Shown: positions 30,159 to 40,388 of the stretch, piece after piece
Numbering within the stretch: position 1 is the stretch's first letter
Layout: every line of letters starts with the position of its first letter
Origin: a virus
DNA: 64,000 bases
Virus record (IMG/VR): IMGVR_UViG_3300031521_000009
Reading direction: 5' to 3' (one strand)
Notes under the pieces: generated by a model
Databases searched by the model: none
What the model was told of the DNA's origin: nothing
Seen by the model: only the letters and a program-made list of their open reading frames with translations
Position numbers and translations under genes: made by a program

Positions 30159-33100
30159 TACGAATAAGATATTATAAAGTTAGTAATTACATTCTTCAAG
30201 TAAAAATACTTTGGAATATGTGTTCTATAGGCATTACCCATTACACGTTTTCCTTTGTATATTATCTTGACTTTAATCCATTGACCACGCATTTGTGATT
30301 TTGCTTCAAAGGTATTAAAACTTTGAGTACTTAATGGACCAAAATTATTTTTATTGGTTGAAGGAATTATAGGAATTTCCCATGCATGTTCCTTATATTC
30401 AGGATTAGTCCAAAATTCTTTCGCGTTTATAAAAGAAACTTTAGAGGATTCTTGATATTCTGTTTGCCAACTAATATTTTCAAGTTCTTCTGGACACATA
30501 ACCATTAAATGAGAACGAAATTCTTTTTCAAATGAACTAGCATCTTGTTTCTCAGCAGAACAATTAATAATAAACTCTAATTCGAAATTATCCGAAGCTT
30601 TATTATCATAGAAATATTGAAAATCTCCAACATTATGTTCCCACATATTTGGCCTTGAAGCAAGTTGTCCATGTGAGAAAGCAAATAGCCGGGCATCCAA
30701 TTTCATATAAAGATTTGTATCGTATGAATAGAACCCAGTGAAGATATCAAGCTTCTCATTAAAAACCAATGTAAAGAACTTACCAGTACCCAATTTGAAA
30801 GTAAATAATACCTCTTTTGTTTCTTCATCGAAAACACTTATAATTCCAGTCTGTGCTTCTGAATACAAGTCTTGTGGTAGTACTTTGATATCTCCTTTGA
30901 TTAATTTGAAGATATCAGTTATTTGTTTTGAAGTTACTAAGTCCTCAGCGCCAAATAATACATTACCACTTGTTGTTGAAGCGCCGGATAATCGCCATAT
31001 CTTTTCATTATCCCAATCAACACCATAACCACCTTTATCACCACTACAAATACTTTCTTTATGAGTAGTTCCAAAATCAGCTATCTTTCTTGACTGAGAA
31101 GAAAGAATAGTCTTATCACCAAGAATAATATCAGAACTGTCTTGACTCGATTGAAGTTTTGTAGAACCATATAATTGAATAATATTCTTACGTTGGATAA
31201 TGAATAGAGTTGAATTAATGGTAATCAGCTTTTTTATCTCTCCACCTTCAAAATTAAAGTCTTGATATTGTCCTATTGGCAACTGTCGATACTGATCTAC
31301 AAAAGCACCATCAACATGTACATTGCTAAAGTAAATTCTATTTGCTGCAGTGTTGCTTTTCATAGTAAAGATATCATCAAATGGCAAAAGAGTATAGACA
31401 CCTTTTGTTTCATTATATCCACCATTTATTTCCCATGACTCTTTGAAAAATTGATTTGATTTGTTTTTCCAAATAAAATCTTGTACAATACTATCATAGC
31501 TTGCTTCTGATGCATTTTTAAGTACGTATGGATAGAATGTATCATCTACAGTAGGAACTCTCAAATTTGAGTTGGTAAATGACTGTAGATAGACATTGAG
31601 TGCTATACCTGATTGCCATGAACGTTCCCAGTCTTGTGTATATGCCGGAAGAGTATTCCATCGAACACAACGCATGAATGTTTTTTGAGAAAATAAGTCA
31701 CCTTTGAAAAGTTGTTTAGCAGTATAATTATTTGCAGCAAAAAATGAATTGTCATTTTCAATGATTGAATAGTTTTCATCAAGAATATTATATGAGTTTT
31801 CAATTGAATCAATGTATTCAGCTATTGTAGCATACTTACAGATATCAACAATGGCATTATTCAAATTACGATAGTCAGGATTATCATCAGTAAACACTGT
31901 TGCTTCTGAATGATATTTACCAACTTTTACAGTCTTACAACCAAAGTAAGATGTAGCTGTCATAGACATATTGGTAGCAACTACTGGTAATGAGTTTTTA
32001 CTGAGATCACTTGTAAAAGGGGAAATAAATGCAGAAGTAAATGGGAATGCTGAATCTACTGCATAACCAGTTGTCATTGCTGGACGAATATTTACTTCAT
32101 TATCTCCTGTTGTTTTCTTAGTTCTATTGATAAGGATGCCGGCATCTTTCAATTGCTCTCTTGATTGGTCAAAATAATTTTCAATTACTTTTTGTGATGG
32201 ATCATTAGTACCATCCCATACTTCGTCACCAAAAACATCAATGATACTTTTCATTCTACTTGAAAAACCATTGTTTGAAAATATCTGATTTTCTTGTACA
32301 ATACTAGGTGTCATTTTAATAGCAACCGGATTCTGTATGATATGATGGTCGTAACCAAGACTAGGTTCAATAAGACGATTAGATACATCTTTGTAAGCAT
32401 GTGATTGATTAGTAAACAAATTGAAATTTGCTCCCCAACCGGTATGTGTTGCATACTTATTTTCAATAGAAGTATTATTTACTTTTGCAACTGATTCATT
32501 AAATCCTTGATTTACTACATCAATTTTTACTTTTGGTCGAAGATAATAATCGCCAATAATTACCAAATTTTTATTCAGTAATAAATCAGGAGCAAACACA
32601 CTATACTTGTCAGTTTTCAATTCAAGAAAGTAATTACGATTATCATAGTAACGCGCCCACATATCATTGGCTTGTACCTTATTTTTGTACATCCATTTTT
32701 GACTAGCATCTGTTTCATGTTCTTGAACAAGAATTTCTTCTTTATTCATTACTTGTAACTCGGTTACTGACCAAGCACCAATATACCAACCTTGTGTTGA
32801 TTTACTAATTTTAATTACTGGAAATACTTTCTTATCTCCACCTAAGAATGGAAAAGCAATATCAACTCCATTTGTACCAATCTTTGTTGATTGGCTAACT
32901 TCTCTATCTCCCCATGTCATAGGTGATACACCACGATAGCATTCAAAGACATTCTTAAAGCCAACAGCTTCAACCATTGCAGAACTATATCCCTGGCATA
33001 CAACATTAGCTTGTCGTTTACCTTGCACAAAATACATAGTAGTAATATTTGGAAGAATATCTTTATTTGCTTGATAATAATCATATGCAAAGTCATGAAT

Positions 33101-34576
33101 AAACTCTACACCCATAAGTTTAAAGTGAAGTTGTTTTAAATCCTCAGCATTTGAAGTATGAGTAATAATACCTTTTCTTGGGAACTTATAAAGACCACTA
33201 AGATTATCAATTGTTTTAAGCGTTTCTGAGGGACTTTCGTTATGATACTGTTCTCTATTATCAACATAGGTACGTAAGTCGAAATAGTTCATGTCTATGA
33301 TAGTTCCATTGGCATTAGTAAGTGTTACTCCTTCATACCAACCGCAAATAGGAAATACTGGTGTCTTATATTGACCATCTATTAAAAATGAAACACCCAT
33401 AGGATAGATTTCATCTTCCATATATTCAAAGTATTTTGCTGTCTGATCATATACTTTATCGAAACGACTTTCATCTTTGATTACAGCATGTGGTATGATA
33501 AGAGAAGCCATTTCTTTGAGCATAGCATAATCTATTGCCCGGCCTTTCCAATTAGCTCCATAATATCTATCTTCATGTTGAACTTCCGTTTCAGCAATGT
33601 CAAATGCCATATTGTCTTTGAATAGTTCTTCAAAAGTAATATCCTGAACAACATTGTTTCCATTGAATACTACAGTGGCTACACTATTGACAATCTTTGT
33701 AGACTTACTGATAAGTTGCATTGATTTACTCAAAGTATCTGATGTACCATAATAATGGACAAAACCGACAGAAACCTTTTTATAGTTTGAGTCGGTATTT
33801 GTAATTTGTAATTGTACTTGTTTTGATACTCTTTCTTCGCCAGTATTCAATACTCCCGAAGAGCTATTAAACTCTTTAGAACCACTATGGATATAGAATG
33901 GACCTACTTCTTTAATGAATGGTGTTGTATTCAATGATTCATCTTCATAGCGAATATAGAAGAAGTAAGTACCAGGCTTCATAGTTCCATTGTCTTTTAC
34001 TTGTCCTACAACATCAGGAACATTAGTAATACTCTTCTGATGAACAAACAGAAGTACATCGTCAAGATTAGTATATGAACGAAGTGTTTTCTTTCCTTGT
34101 TGATCAATACCGGTATTGATAATAATGTTTTTATTCAATCCATCACAGATATACAAATCAACAGAACCATCATAACTATTCTTAGCAATTATCTCAAGTA
34201 ACTTTCCTTTGGAGAAACCAAGTACTGATTGATTTATTGATAATGCATCATCAGGGCCATTAGGGATAATAAGAAGTGTTTCTTCTACCCATGCAGTACC
34301 ATCACTACCCTTAAATGAATAGAAATTAATCTTATCAGTATTAGTTGCATGAGTAACAATATAAAGTATTCCATTGAATGATACTGAACCAACAGGAACT
34401 TCATTTGTAGCAAAAGAAGTAATACTCTTTGTTCCACGAATATTAGTAATTGTATATCCATGTTCATCTTTTGAAACAATACTTCCATTGAGCATATAGG
34501 TATAACTATTCTGTGGCATTAACGTATTATCAATACCTCTTTTCATACCACCTAGAAACGTATTATTATGTTGCAT
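30158..34576 (-). CDS. tail muzzle / stabilization protein (P22 gp10-like nozzle of crAss-like phages)
   Basis: 1472 aa. N-terminus NTFLGGMKRGIDNTLMPQNSYTYMLNG and C-terminus MRGQWIKVKIIY are typical of crAss stabilization proteins; synteny. Confidence 0.8.
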   Translation of the reverse strand: MQHNNTFLGGMKRGIDNTLMPQNSYTYMLNGSIVSKDEHGYTITNIRGTKSITSFATNEVPVGSVSFNGILYIVTHATNTDKINFYSFKGSDGTAWVEETLLIIPNGPDDALSINQSVLGFSKGKLLEIIAKNSYDGSVDLYICDGLNKNIIINTGIDQQGKKTLRSYTNLDDVLLFVHQKSITNVPDVVGQVKDNGTMKPGTYFFYIRYEDESLNTTPFIKEVGPFYIHSGSKEFNSSSGVLNTGEERVSKQVQLQITNTDSNYKKVSVGFVHYYGTSDTLSKSMQLISKSTKIVNSVATVVFNGNNVVQDITFEELFKDNMAFDIAETEVQHEDRYYGANWKGRAIDYAMLKEMASLIIPHAVIKDESRFDKVYDQTAKYFEYMEDEIYPMGVSFLIDGQYKTPVFPICGWYEGVTLTNANGTIIDMNYFDLRTYVDNREQYHNESPSETLKTIDNLSGLYKFPRKGIITHTSNAEDLKQLHFKLMGVEFIHDFAYDYYQANKDILPNITTMYFVQGKRQANVVCQGYSSAMVEAVGFKNVFECYRGVSPMTWGDREVSQSTKIGTNGVDIAFPFLGGDKKVFPVIKISKSTQGWYIGAWSVTELQVMNKEEILVQEHETDASQKWMYKNKVQANDMWARYYDNRNYFLELKTDKYSVFAPDLLLNKNLVIIGDYYLRPKVKIDVVNQGFNESVAKVNNTSIENKYATHTGWGANFNLFTNQSHAYKDVSNRLIEPSLGYDHHIIQNPVAIKMTPSIVQENQIFSNNGFSSRMKSIIDVFGDEVWDGTNDPSQKVIENYFDQSREQLKDAGILINRTKKTTGDNEVNIRPAMTTGYAVDSAFPFTSAFISPFTSDLSKNSLPVVATNMSMTATSYFGCKTVKVGKYHSEATVFTDDNPDYRNLNNAIVDICKYATIAEYIDSIENSYNILDENYSIIENDNSFFAANNYTAKQLFKGDLFSQKTFMRCVRWNTLPAYTQDWERSWQSGIALNVYLQSFTNSNLRVPTVDDTFYPYVLKNASEASYDSIVQDFIWKNKSNQFFKESWEINGGYNETKGVYTLLPFDDIFTMKSNTAANRIYFSNVHVDGAFVDQYRQLPIGQYQDFNFEGGEIKKLITINSTLFIIQRKNIIQLYGSTKLQSSQDSSDIILGDKTILSSQSRKIADFGTTHKESICSGDKGGYGVDWDNEKIWRLSGASTTSGNVLFGAEDLVTSKQITDIFKLIKGDIKVLPQDLYSEAQTGIISVFDEETKEVLFTFKLGTGKFFTLVFNEKLDIFTGFYSYDTNLYMKLDARLFAFSHGQLASRPNMWEHNVGDFQYFYDNKASDNFELEFIINCSAEKQDASSFEKEFRSHLMVMCPEELENISWQTEYQESSKVSFINAKEFWTNPEYKEHAWEIPIIPSTNKNNFGPLSTQSFNTFEAKSQMRGQWIKVKIIYKGKRVMGNAYRTHIPKYFYLKNVITNFIISYS

Positions 34577-34578
34577 AA

Positions 34579-35220
34579 TTAATGTCTTTTTGTAATGAAT
34601 TTGTATTCCGGACTAATAATATAATTATGGATTTCCTCAACGTCATTGTTTGATAAATCTCCCCAACTAACATAAGCTGCTTGAATTTCGTAATCAGAAT
34701 CCTGACACATCTGTAACCATCTCCATTGTTGTATACGTGGTGGTATAACACTGGCATCTTCTTCATGCATCTTTTTAATGCAATAAGCATAACATGCTGT
34801 TTCATATCCACGTTTTATCAATGGAAAACCAAGAGTATCTACTGGCAATGAATAGTAATCAATAAAGCACTTCTGAGGTGTTCTAGTAGTACTGAATTGT
34901 ATGTACTCTCCTTGATAAGTACTATTCTTTACTTTGTTTCCAGCTTCATCAAATACATTTTCCAATTTAAATACATCTGGCGGTACTAGAGCGCGATTAG
35001 AACGAATGATTAAAGTAGGATCATCATCAGAAGTAGGTTCTCCAATCTGTATTTTTTTATTCAAAATTAATCCTACTGGATCAGTAAGATATTCTGCAAC
35101 GACTTCACTACACCATCGCATCACTTGTATCTTACTTATTTGAGTACCTTTTATTGGAAATGCAGACAGCAACCGAACATAAATCTCGGCTGCTGTAAAA
35201 TATTTATTATTCGGATTCAT
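34579..35220 (-). CDS. tail ring / tubular protein
   Basis: 213 aa immediately upstream of the muzzle gene; IDYYSLPVDTLGFPLI resembles the crAss ring-protein motif Y.A.P.DEDG.PLIP. Confidence 0.7.
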   Translation of the reverse strand: MNPNNKYFTAAEIYVRLLSAFPIKGTQISKIQVMRWCSEVVAEYLTDPVGLILNKKIQIGEPTSDDDPTLIIRSNRALVPPDVFKLENVFDEAGNKVKNSTYQGEYIQFSTTRTPQKCFIDYYSLPVDTLGFPLIKRGYETACYAYCIKKMHEEDASVIPPRIQQWRWLQMCQDSDYEIQAAYVSWGDLSNNDVEEIHNYIISPEYKFITKRH

Positions 35221-35386
35221 CTTTATTAGATTTTAATTCTATATGTTGATAAGCAAAAACTCCATGTACATTCCTTGCTGTCTTTACATACAACTCATTT
35301 GGTCTGTACTCTTTATTGCTATCCTCTACTACCTCTTTCAGTTTCTGATAGTACTCTTCGTCGTGTGCTTTCGAACGCTTACTCAT
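35207..35386 (-). CDS. hypothetical protein (59 aa, missing from the ORF track)
   Basis: MSKRSKAHDEEYYQKLKEVVEDSNKEYRPNELYVKTARNVHGVFAYQHIELKSNKDESE* fills the gap between its neighbours on the operon strand. Confidence 0.7.
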   Translation of the reverse strand: MSKRSKAHDEEYYQKLKEVVEDSNKEYRPNELYVKTARNVHGVFAYQHIELKSNKDESE

Positions 35387-35388
35387 AA

Positions 35389-35745
35389 TTATTGTGGCAT
35401 TGGTACTGCTGCAGGAGCCGCTGGTTGTGCTTGTCCTTGTGATTGTAATTGATCAGTAGCTTGCTGAATCAACTGTTGTGCCTGTTCTTGTGGAATACCA
35501 CCTTGTACTAACTGTGCAAGAATATCTTCCGGCTTAGCACCTTGTTGAAGCATTTTGATAATCTCTTGTATCATTTGAGCAGTTTGCTCTTCTGACATTT
35601 GAGGACTAGCCGGTGGTGATGTTTTAGCTGGAACAGATGATTTACCTTGCGCTTGTTGAACTTGTTCTTTAGTATAACCTTTTGCGGGTGTCGTAGATTT
35701 AGCAGAACTAGCTGCAGCATACTTTGTTTTGTCGATTGTTGCCAT
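35389..35745 (-). CDS. Gln/Ala/Pro-rich small protein (118 aa)
   Basis: Low-complexity flanks around a three-helix core QEIIKMLQQGAKPEDILAQLVQGGIPQEQAQQLIQQ. Confidence 0.7.
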   Translation of the reverse strand: MATIDKTKYAAASSAKSTTPAKGYTKEQVQQAQGKSSVPAKTSPPASPQMSEEQTAQMIQEIIKMLQQGAKPEDILAQLVQGGIPQEQAQQLIQQATDQLQSQGQAQPAAPAAVPMPQ

Positions 35746-35747
35746 GA

Positions 35748-36251
35748 TTAAAATTTTATATTATTATCTTCTAATGAGTGTAATTTCTTCTTATAGAATT
35801 TCCCAAATGATGCATAAGGAAAACCATATCTTACTTTATCCTGAGAAAAGAAATAATCGCAATTGATACGAGTATAAAATCCTTTTCTTTTTGAACGTTC
35901 TCTATCTTTTTGTCGACCTTGATATTTAGTACTTGAGGTCATTGTTAGCAAACTTATCAATCCGACTTTATTGATTTTGATTGTATTTCCCTTAAAGAGT
36001 TCTTCAACAATTATAGATATGTATGCAAAGAACACCTTATAGGCCATACCTCTTATAATTTGGCTTTTCGGATGTGTATTGGTAGAAAAGGTCACGTGAG
36101 ATAAACGAGGTCTAAAAAGAGTGTCTATGTAAACCGTTTTACGTACACCAAATTTATTATTCTCATTGACTACATCATGATAATCAAATTCCTCTTTCCT
36201 AAATTCTTTTACCTTTTTATTGATCCGGGTTTTCTTTGAAGATACTTCCAT
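35748..36251 (-). CDS. IHF/HU-like DNA-binding protein
   Basis: Basic protein; IVEELFKGNTIKINKVGLISL matches the HU/IHF fold motif; conserved position in crAss-like tail modules. Confidence 0.65.
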   Translation of the reverse strand: MEVSSKKTRINKKVKEFRKEEFDYHDVVNENNKFGVRKTVYIDTLFRPRLSHVTFSTNTHPKSQIIRGMAYKVFFAYISIIVEELFKGNTIKINKVGLISLLTMTSSTKYQGRQKDRERSKRKGFYTRINCDYFFSQDKVRYGFPYASFGKFYKKKLHSLEDNNIKF

Positions 36252-37200
36252 TGATATCTTTATGTGGATTTATACCATCACGAAACTGAGCCGCGTAATT
36301 CTCTTTCATATCAATACCAAAATGTTCTTTTACCGGTTCGAAAAATTCTGTATGCTTATCTGAATGTGTTCGATATTGATATTCTCCAAATGGAATATTC
36401 TGCTCACGAGTAAATCTTGGTGTTTCAATAACTTTATCTTTTGGGAAAACATAATCAATTCCATTATATGTAATAACAAAATCATCAGATATAATTTCAA
36501 TTAATGTAGTTTCATAAACATTATTCTCATCATTATTATACATTGATACTGCCCCAAATAATTCATTTATACTATAGTCTATATCATCACCATTGTTATA
36601 TTTTGTTGTAGATATATTTTGTTGTAACCATACTTGATTACCAATAGTTATTGAATTATATGTATCACCATCAATTATAATATCTCCTTCATTAATATTA
36701 TTATCTTTTATTAATCTAATTGATGCTAATGTATTGTAATATGCATTCCAAATTTCAGCAGAATCTTTATTAGATGATAATATTAATGCGTCCCCTTGAT
36801 TATCGGGATTATCATTAGTAGAAGCCCATAATATAGTTCTATACAATATGTCAAAATAAGTATTATTAAATCCTACTCCTGAACCAAAAGCATTAAAATT
36901 AAATGTATTATCACCTGCAATATTCCATTTAGAAATATCATTTGATTTTAAATGTTTTCCAGCTATAAGTAATCCTCCTACATAATTTATAAGTATAATA
37001 AAATCTTCTTTTGTTGGAATATGCCAACCTATTGCGGCAATCCCTCTAGGATCTGTTGCAGCATACCAATTATATAATCTACCATGTTTAATAACTTTTT
37101 GATTTTCTATTTTTGTTGCTTTTCGATAATCTTTCCAAGAAACACCTTCATAGAATAATTCACCATCAACTTCAAACTGTTCTGTAGTTACTAGATACAT
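36217..37200 (-). CDS. virion protein carrying a circularly permuted Fib_succ_major (FISUMP) domain
   Basis: GRLYNWYAA, GWHIPT and SIRLIKD are followed by DGDTYNSITIGNQVWLQQN and YNNGDDI. Confidence 0.75.
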   Translation of the reverse strand: MYLVTTEQFEVDGELFYEGVSWKDYRKATKIENQKVIKHGRLYNWYAATDPRGIAAIGWHIPTKEDFIILINYVGGLLIAGKHLKSNDISKWNIAGDNTFNFNAFGSGVGFNNTYFDILYRTILWASTNDNPDNQGDALILSSNKDSAEIWNAYYNTLASIRLIKDNNINEGDIIIDGDTYNSITIGNQVWLQQNISTTKYNNGDDIDYSINELFGAVSMYNNDENNVYETTLIEIISDDFVITYNGIDYVFPKDKVIETPRFTREQNIPFGEYQYRTHSDKHTEFFEPVKEHFGIDMKENYAAQFRDGINPHKDINGSIFKENPDQ

Positions 37201-37202
37201 AA

Positions 37203-37862
37203 TTATTGTCCCCCATTATCTTGTTGTTGTTGCTGTTGTTGTGGTTGCTTTACCGGAATATTCTTTGTTTCATCAATACCATTATTAGCAAAGTCTACTG
37301 GCATTCCTAACTTAGCTGCAATATGCTGAAAAGTAATTATCTCTAACTGTCTTTCATTGTTTTCTCCAATAGGATAACTTGATGTTTCATAACTGTAGTC
37401 AGCTAACGAATTTGGAGCTTCTATAACGGCATGTAATTCTATTGCGGACATATTGGGTGCTTTTATCTGTAAGATGTCACCAAGGTTCGCAAAAGCGGGT
37501 TGGTCAATGCCAAAGCGATGTGATTCATAGTTTACCAACTCTTCGAAAGAACAATAATGAAAATCCGGATTCTTTGTACCTATAGGACCAAAATAACGAA
37601 CATTTCTTCTTCCTATTCCTTCCATTAGTTTTGATGGCATAGTAAACTTCTTATAATCGAGATCAAGAGTTTCTACATTACCAGTTATCTTTTGAAAGAA
37701 TGCTGTAAAGACTTCCCCGGAAACATATAAAGAACGACACATTGCCGCTCTTGAAGTATTGATCATTTCTATCAACCATTCATCATGTACTATCTGGTCG
37801 TCCGTAAGATGTGGTTTTAATTGAAGTTTTAAACTTTCAACTATTTTTTCAAGTGTTATCAT
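37203..37862 (-). CDS. tail ring / head-tail connector protein
   Basis: Start moved to MITLEKIV because the upstream ATG lies inside a terminator hairpin; YPI...(D)ET C-terminal pattern; synteny. Confidence 0.65.
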   Translation of the reverse strand: MITLEKIVESLKLQLKPHLTDDQIVHDEWLIEMINTSRAAMCRSLYVSGEVFTAFFQKITGNVETLDLDYKKFTMPSKLMEGIGRRNVRYFGPIGTKNPDFHYCSFEELVNYESHRFGIDQPAFANLGDILQIKAPNMSAIELHAVIEAPNSLADYSYETSSYPIGENNERQLEIITFQHIAAKLGMPVDFANNGIDETKNIPVKQPQQQQQQQDNGGQ

Positions 37863-37875
37863 ATTACTGATATTA

Positions 37876-37913
37876 AAAAAAGGGTAAGTAGACATATCCT
37901 ACCTACCCTTTTT
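37876..37913 (-). terminator. intrinsic terminator after the capsid operon
   Basis: AAAAAGGGTAAGTAG-7nt-CTACCTACCCTTTTT hairpin. Confidence 0.75.
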
Positions 37914-37934
37914 GGATTTAATTGAAACTAATTA

Positions 37935-38879
37935 TTAAGGTGCTGTTTCCAATGCTACTACACGTGCAGTAAGTGCATCTACTGGAGATACATTGTATGC
38001 AAGGTAATTATCAAATGATTTAGCAGCAACTACAACATCTGCCATAGATGGAACAATACCTGCAGAAGCAACAGCGATATCAGCAAACAATACATCATCA
38101 GTCAATGCTAATGGCATATAGAAGTTGTAAACTTGTTCGCGTTTTACAAAAGCACTTGCAGATACATTTTCATAACCAAGTGTTTTGCTGGCAATAGTAA
38201 TACAACAGTAATCAACACCCTCAGTAGGCATTACAACACGTTGTCCTTCGTTTTCTGCTTTAATCATAAAGATACGACTCAACATATCGTTTGTCAATGT
38301 ATCTTTCTTAGGCTTAGTAGTAAGCACCTGAGTAAAGTTTTCATCGAAAATACGAACAGTAATTGGTTGTCCTTTTTCTTTTGCAGTAAGAACAAGAGCA
38401 GATGTACCGGCAGCACCAGTACGACTAGCTACTACACAAGCACCACTGTTTACAGCATTCGAAGTTCTCATGACATCAGCATTGATTGCTTCAACAAGAC
38501 CATCAACAACAGTTTGTTTATCTGTAGTCAAAGTAGCCGTGTTGGTCAACTTATAACCATAAGTATGACTTACTGGAAACTGATGATTACCGGCGCCATC
38601 ATACAATGGTTGACGAGTGATTTCAATTTCAATAATACGTTGATCACCGGTAGTCTTAGCAACAAATGCAGGAGTAAGAGTGATTACTGCAGCAGCGCCA
38701 ACAGCAGATGTTTTCTTTACAATGGTAGTATCTCCATCAAATGGAATATCAATACCATATTTTTTACATACAAGATGTTTAATACCGGTTACTACATCTC
38801 CCTGGTAGTACATACCAAATTCCTTTGGTCCGATAGTATTCAATAGGTAGTCTTGCGCACCTCTTATAAGATTACTCAT
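37935..38879 (-). CDS. auxiliary capsid / abundant structural protein (314 aa)
   Basis: A/T/V-rich beta protein, last gene before the capsid-operon terminator; position matches crAss auxiliary capsid genes. Confidence 0.55.
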   Translation of the reverse strand: MSNLIRGAQDYLLNTIGPKEFGMYYQGDVVTGIKHLVCKKYGIDIPFDGDTTIVKKTSAVGAAAVITLTPAFVAKTTGDQRIIEIEITRQPLYDGAGNHQFPVSHTYGYKLTNTATLTTDKQTVVDGLVEAINADVMRTSNAVNSGACVVASRTGAAGTSALVLTAKEKGQPITVRIFDENFTQVLTTKPKKDTLTNDMLSRIFMIKAENEGQRVVMPTEGVDYCCITIASKTLGYENVSASAFVKREQVYNFYMPLALTDDVLFADIAVASAGIVPSMADVVVAAKSFDNYLAYNVSPVDALTARVVALETAP

Positions 38880-38891
38880 AATATTTAATTA

Positions 38892-39575
38892 TTAATGTTT
38901 GAATTTTAATTCATTGTTGAAAGTTTGATATCGACTATCTTGAATACCTTCCAAATACATACGGGATGCCGTAGTGATAATTTCAGAACATACTTCACGG
39001 TCAAATATACTTTCCTTAGTATTAGTAGTCTCCATTTCAGTAATAACCGGCGGGTTGACAACATAACTTATTCTAAATTTAGGATAACCATCACCAATAG
39101 TAATATTTGGTACATAAACCAAAACATTTTTTACCGGTTTAGTTTCAACGATATCTTGACTTAAACTGTAATAACAATTAGAAGTCGTTGGTTTGCTAAA
39201 TATACCATTCAAAACAGTGGTCAGTTCGTTTGAAGTTAGTGGATTACATTTGGCTTCTTTCAGACCAGATATTTCTGCAGATAATCTAGCAACCAATCGA
39301 CAATCTTCCGGTAACACAAATGAATACGCTTTATAACGATCGCTACTGCTTGTTTCCGATAAAGTACCAGTAAATAATTTAGGTCCTTGCGTAATTGGCA
39401 AAAGCTGTATTGCAAACTTTTTATTCAATTCAAAATTATCAATCTTATTTGAAATAACTTCTTCGGTCGCTAAACCTAAAATTACTGAGAACTCTAATGG
39501 TGAAACAGTTCCTACTCGTGACTTCCTTACTATAGCAAGGAAATCTTTATACATATCAATTATTGCTACCGACAT
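38892..39575 (-). CDS. ring / head-tail adaptor protein (227 aa)
   Basis: VSPLEFSVILGLA N-terminal motif and YVVNPP...EIITTASRMYL...DSRYQ C-terminal motif fit crAss ring proteins. Confidence 0.65.
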   Translation of the reverse strand: MSVAIIDMYKDFLAIVRKSRVGTVSPLEFSVILGLATEEVISNKIDNFELNKKFAIQLLPITQGPKLFTGTLSETSSSDRYKAYSFVLPEDCRLVARLSAEISGLKEAKCNPLTSNELTTVLNGIFSKPTTSNCYYSLSQDIVETKPVKNVLVYVPNITIGDGYPKFRISYVVNPPVITEMETTNTKESIFDREVCSEIITTASRMYLEGIQDSRYQTFNNELKFKH

Positions 39576-39579
39576 AATA

Positions 39580-40362
39580 CTATTTGTTACCTTCTGATTT
39601 GTCCAACATATCTTTCAATGGGACATACAGACTATTATTTTTATCATCATAAATGAATGCAGCAGCTTCTTTTTCATCAGCTCCAAGAGTTACTTTGTCA
39701 TACATGATATATCCATTGGCAACAGCGCGTTGTAAGTACTTCTTAGCAAGAAGTTTTTTGATAAATACAATTTGCTGATTATCGTCAAGATTTTCAAGAT
39801 ATGCAAGAACATCGGCTGGACGTGTTTCAACTAAACCATATACTCGAGCTTCGGCAATCTTAGTAGAAAGATTTGTTGCATTCTCACCAAAGTAAAACAA
39901 TAAATTGTTCATGTCTGATAATGATAGGTCGATAACCTTTGCTCCGGCCTGTGCTTTTGTCTTTCCATCAACAGCTGCTTTTACAGCTTCTGCTTCGAAG
40001 TTTTGAATATACATTAAGTGTTTTCCAACTACTGCATCTTTACGGGATAATGCTATCTCCGGCATTTCAAGAGCAAGGCAATAAAGCGCATAATCTCTTG
40101 TTGGTAGATAGCTTCCGTTTCTCTTAATCAAAACAAGCGTTTGGTTATGAACGATAGGATAATTTTCATCTTCCTTGATTATCAATTCTTGTTTTGATAA
40201 TTCAGTAGGACTCATATTATGTTGCCCAGTTAATAACTTCTTTGTTGCATTATCGGTAATCGGAGTCATTAAAAATGGTTTCTCCTTATACTTCTTATTG
40301 ATCGCATAGATTTTTACTTCTTCGCGTTCTTCGCCTGTTTCATCTTTGGTTATCTTAGCCAT
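39580..40362 (-). CDS. conserved crAss-like protein downstream of the MCP gene (260 aa)
   Basis: Synteny; C-terminal YDKVTLGADEKEAAAFIYDDKN pattern. Confidence 0.6.
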   Translation of the reverse strand: MAKITKDETGEEREEVKIYAINKKYKEKPFLMTPITDNATKKLLTGQHNMSPTELSKQELIIKEDENYPIVHNQTLVLIKRNGSYLPTRDYALYCLALEMPEIALSRKDAVVGKHLMYIQNFEAEAVKAAVDGKTKAQAGAKVIDLSLSDMNNLLFYFGENATNLSTKIAEARVYGLVETRPADVLAYLENLDDNQQIVFIKKLLAKKYLQRAVANGYIMYDKVTLGADEKEAAAFIYDDKNNSLYVPLKDMLDKSEGNK

Positions 40363-40388
40363 TATCTATAATTTTTAAAAGGAATGAA

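Noticed and set aside
36217-37200. Diversity-generating retroelement targeting the Fib_succ_major domain
   Set aside because: No reverse transcriptase or template repeat with adenine-specific mismatches is visible in this window; the rest of the genome is unseen.
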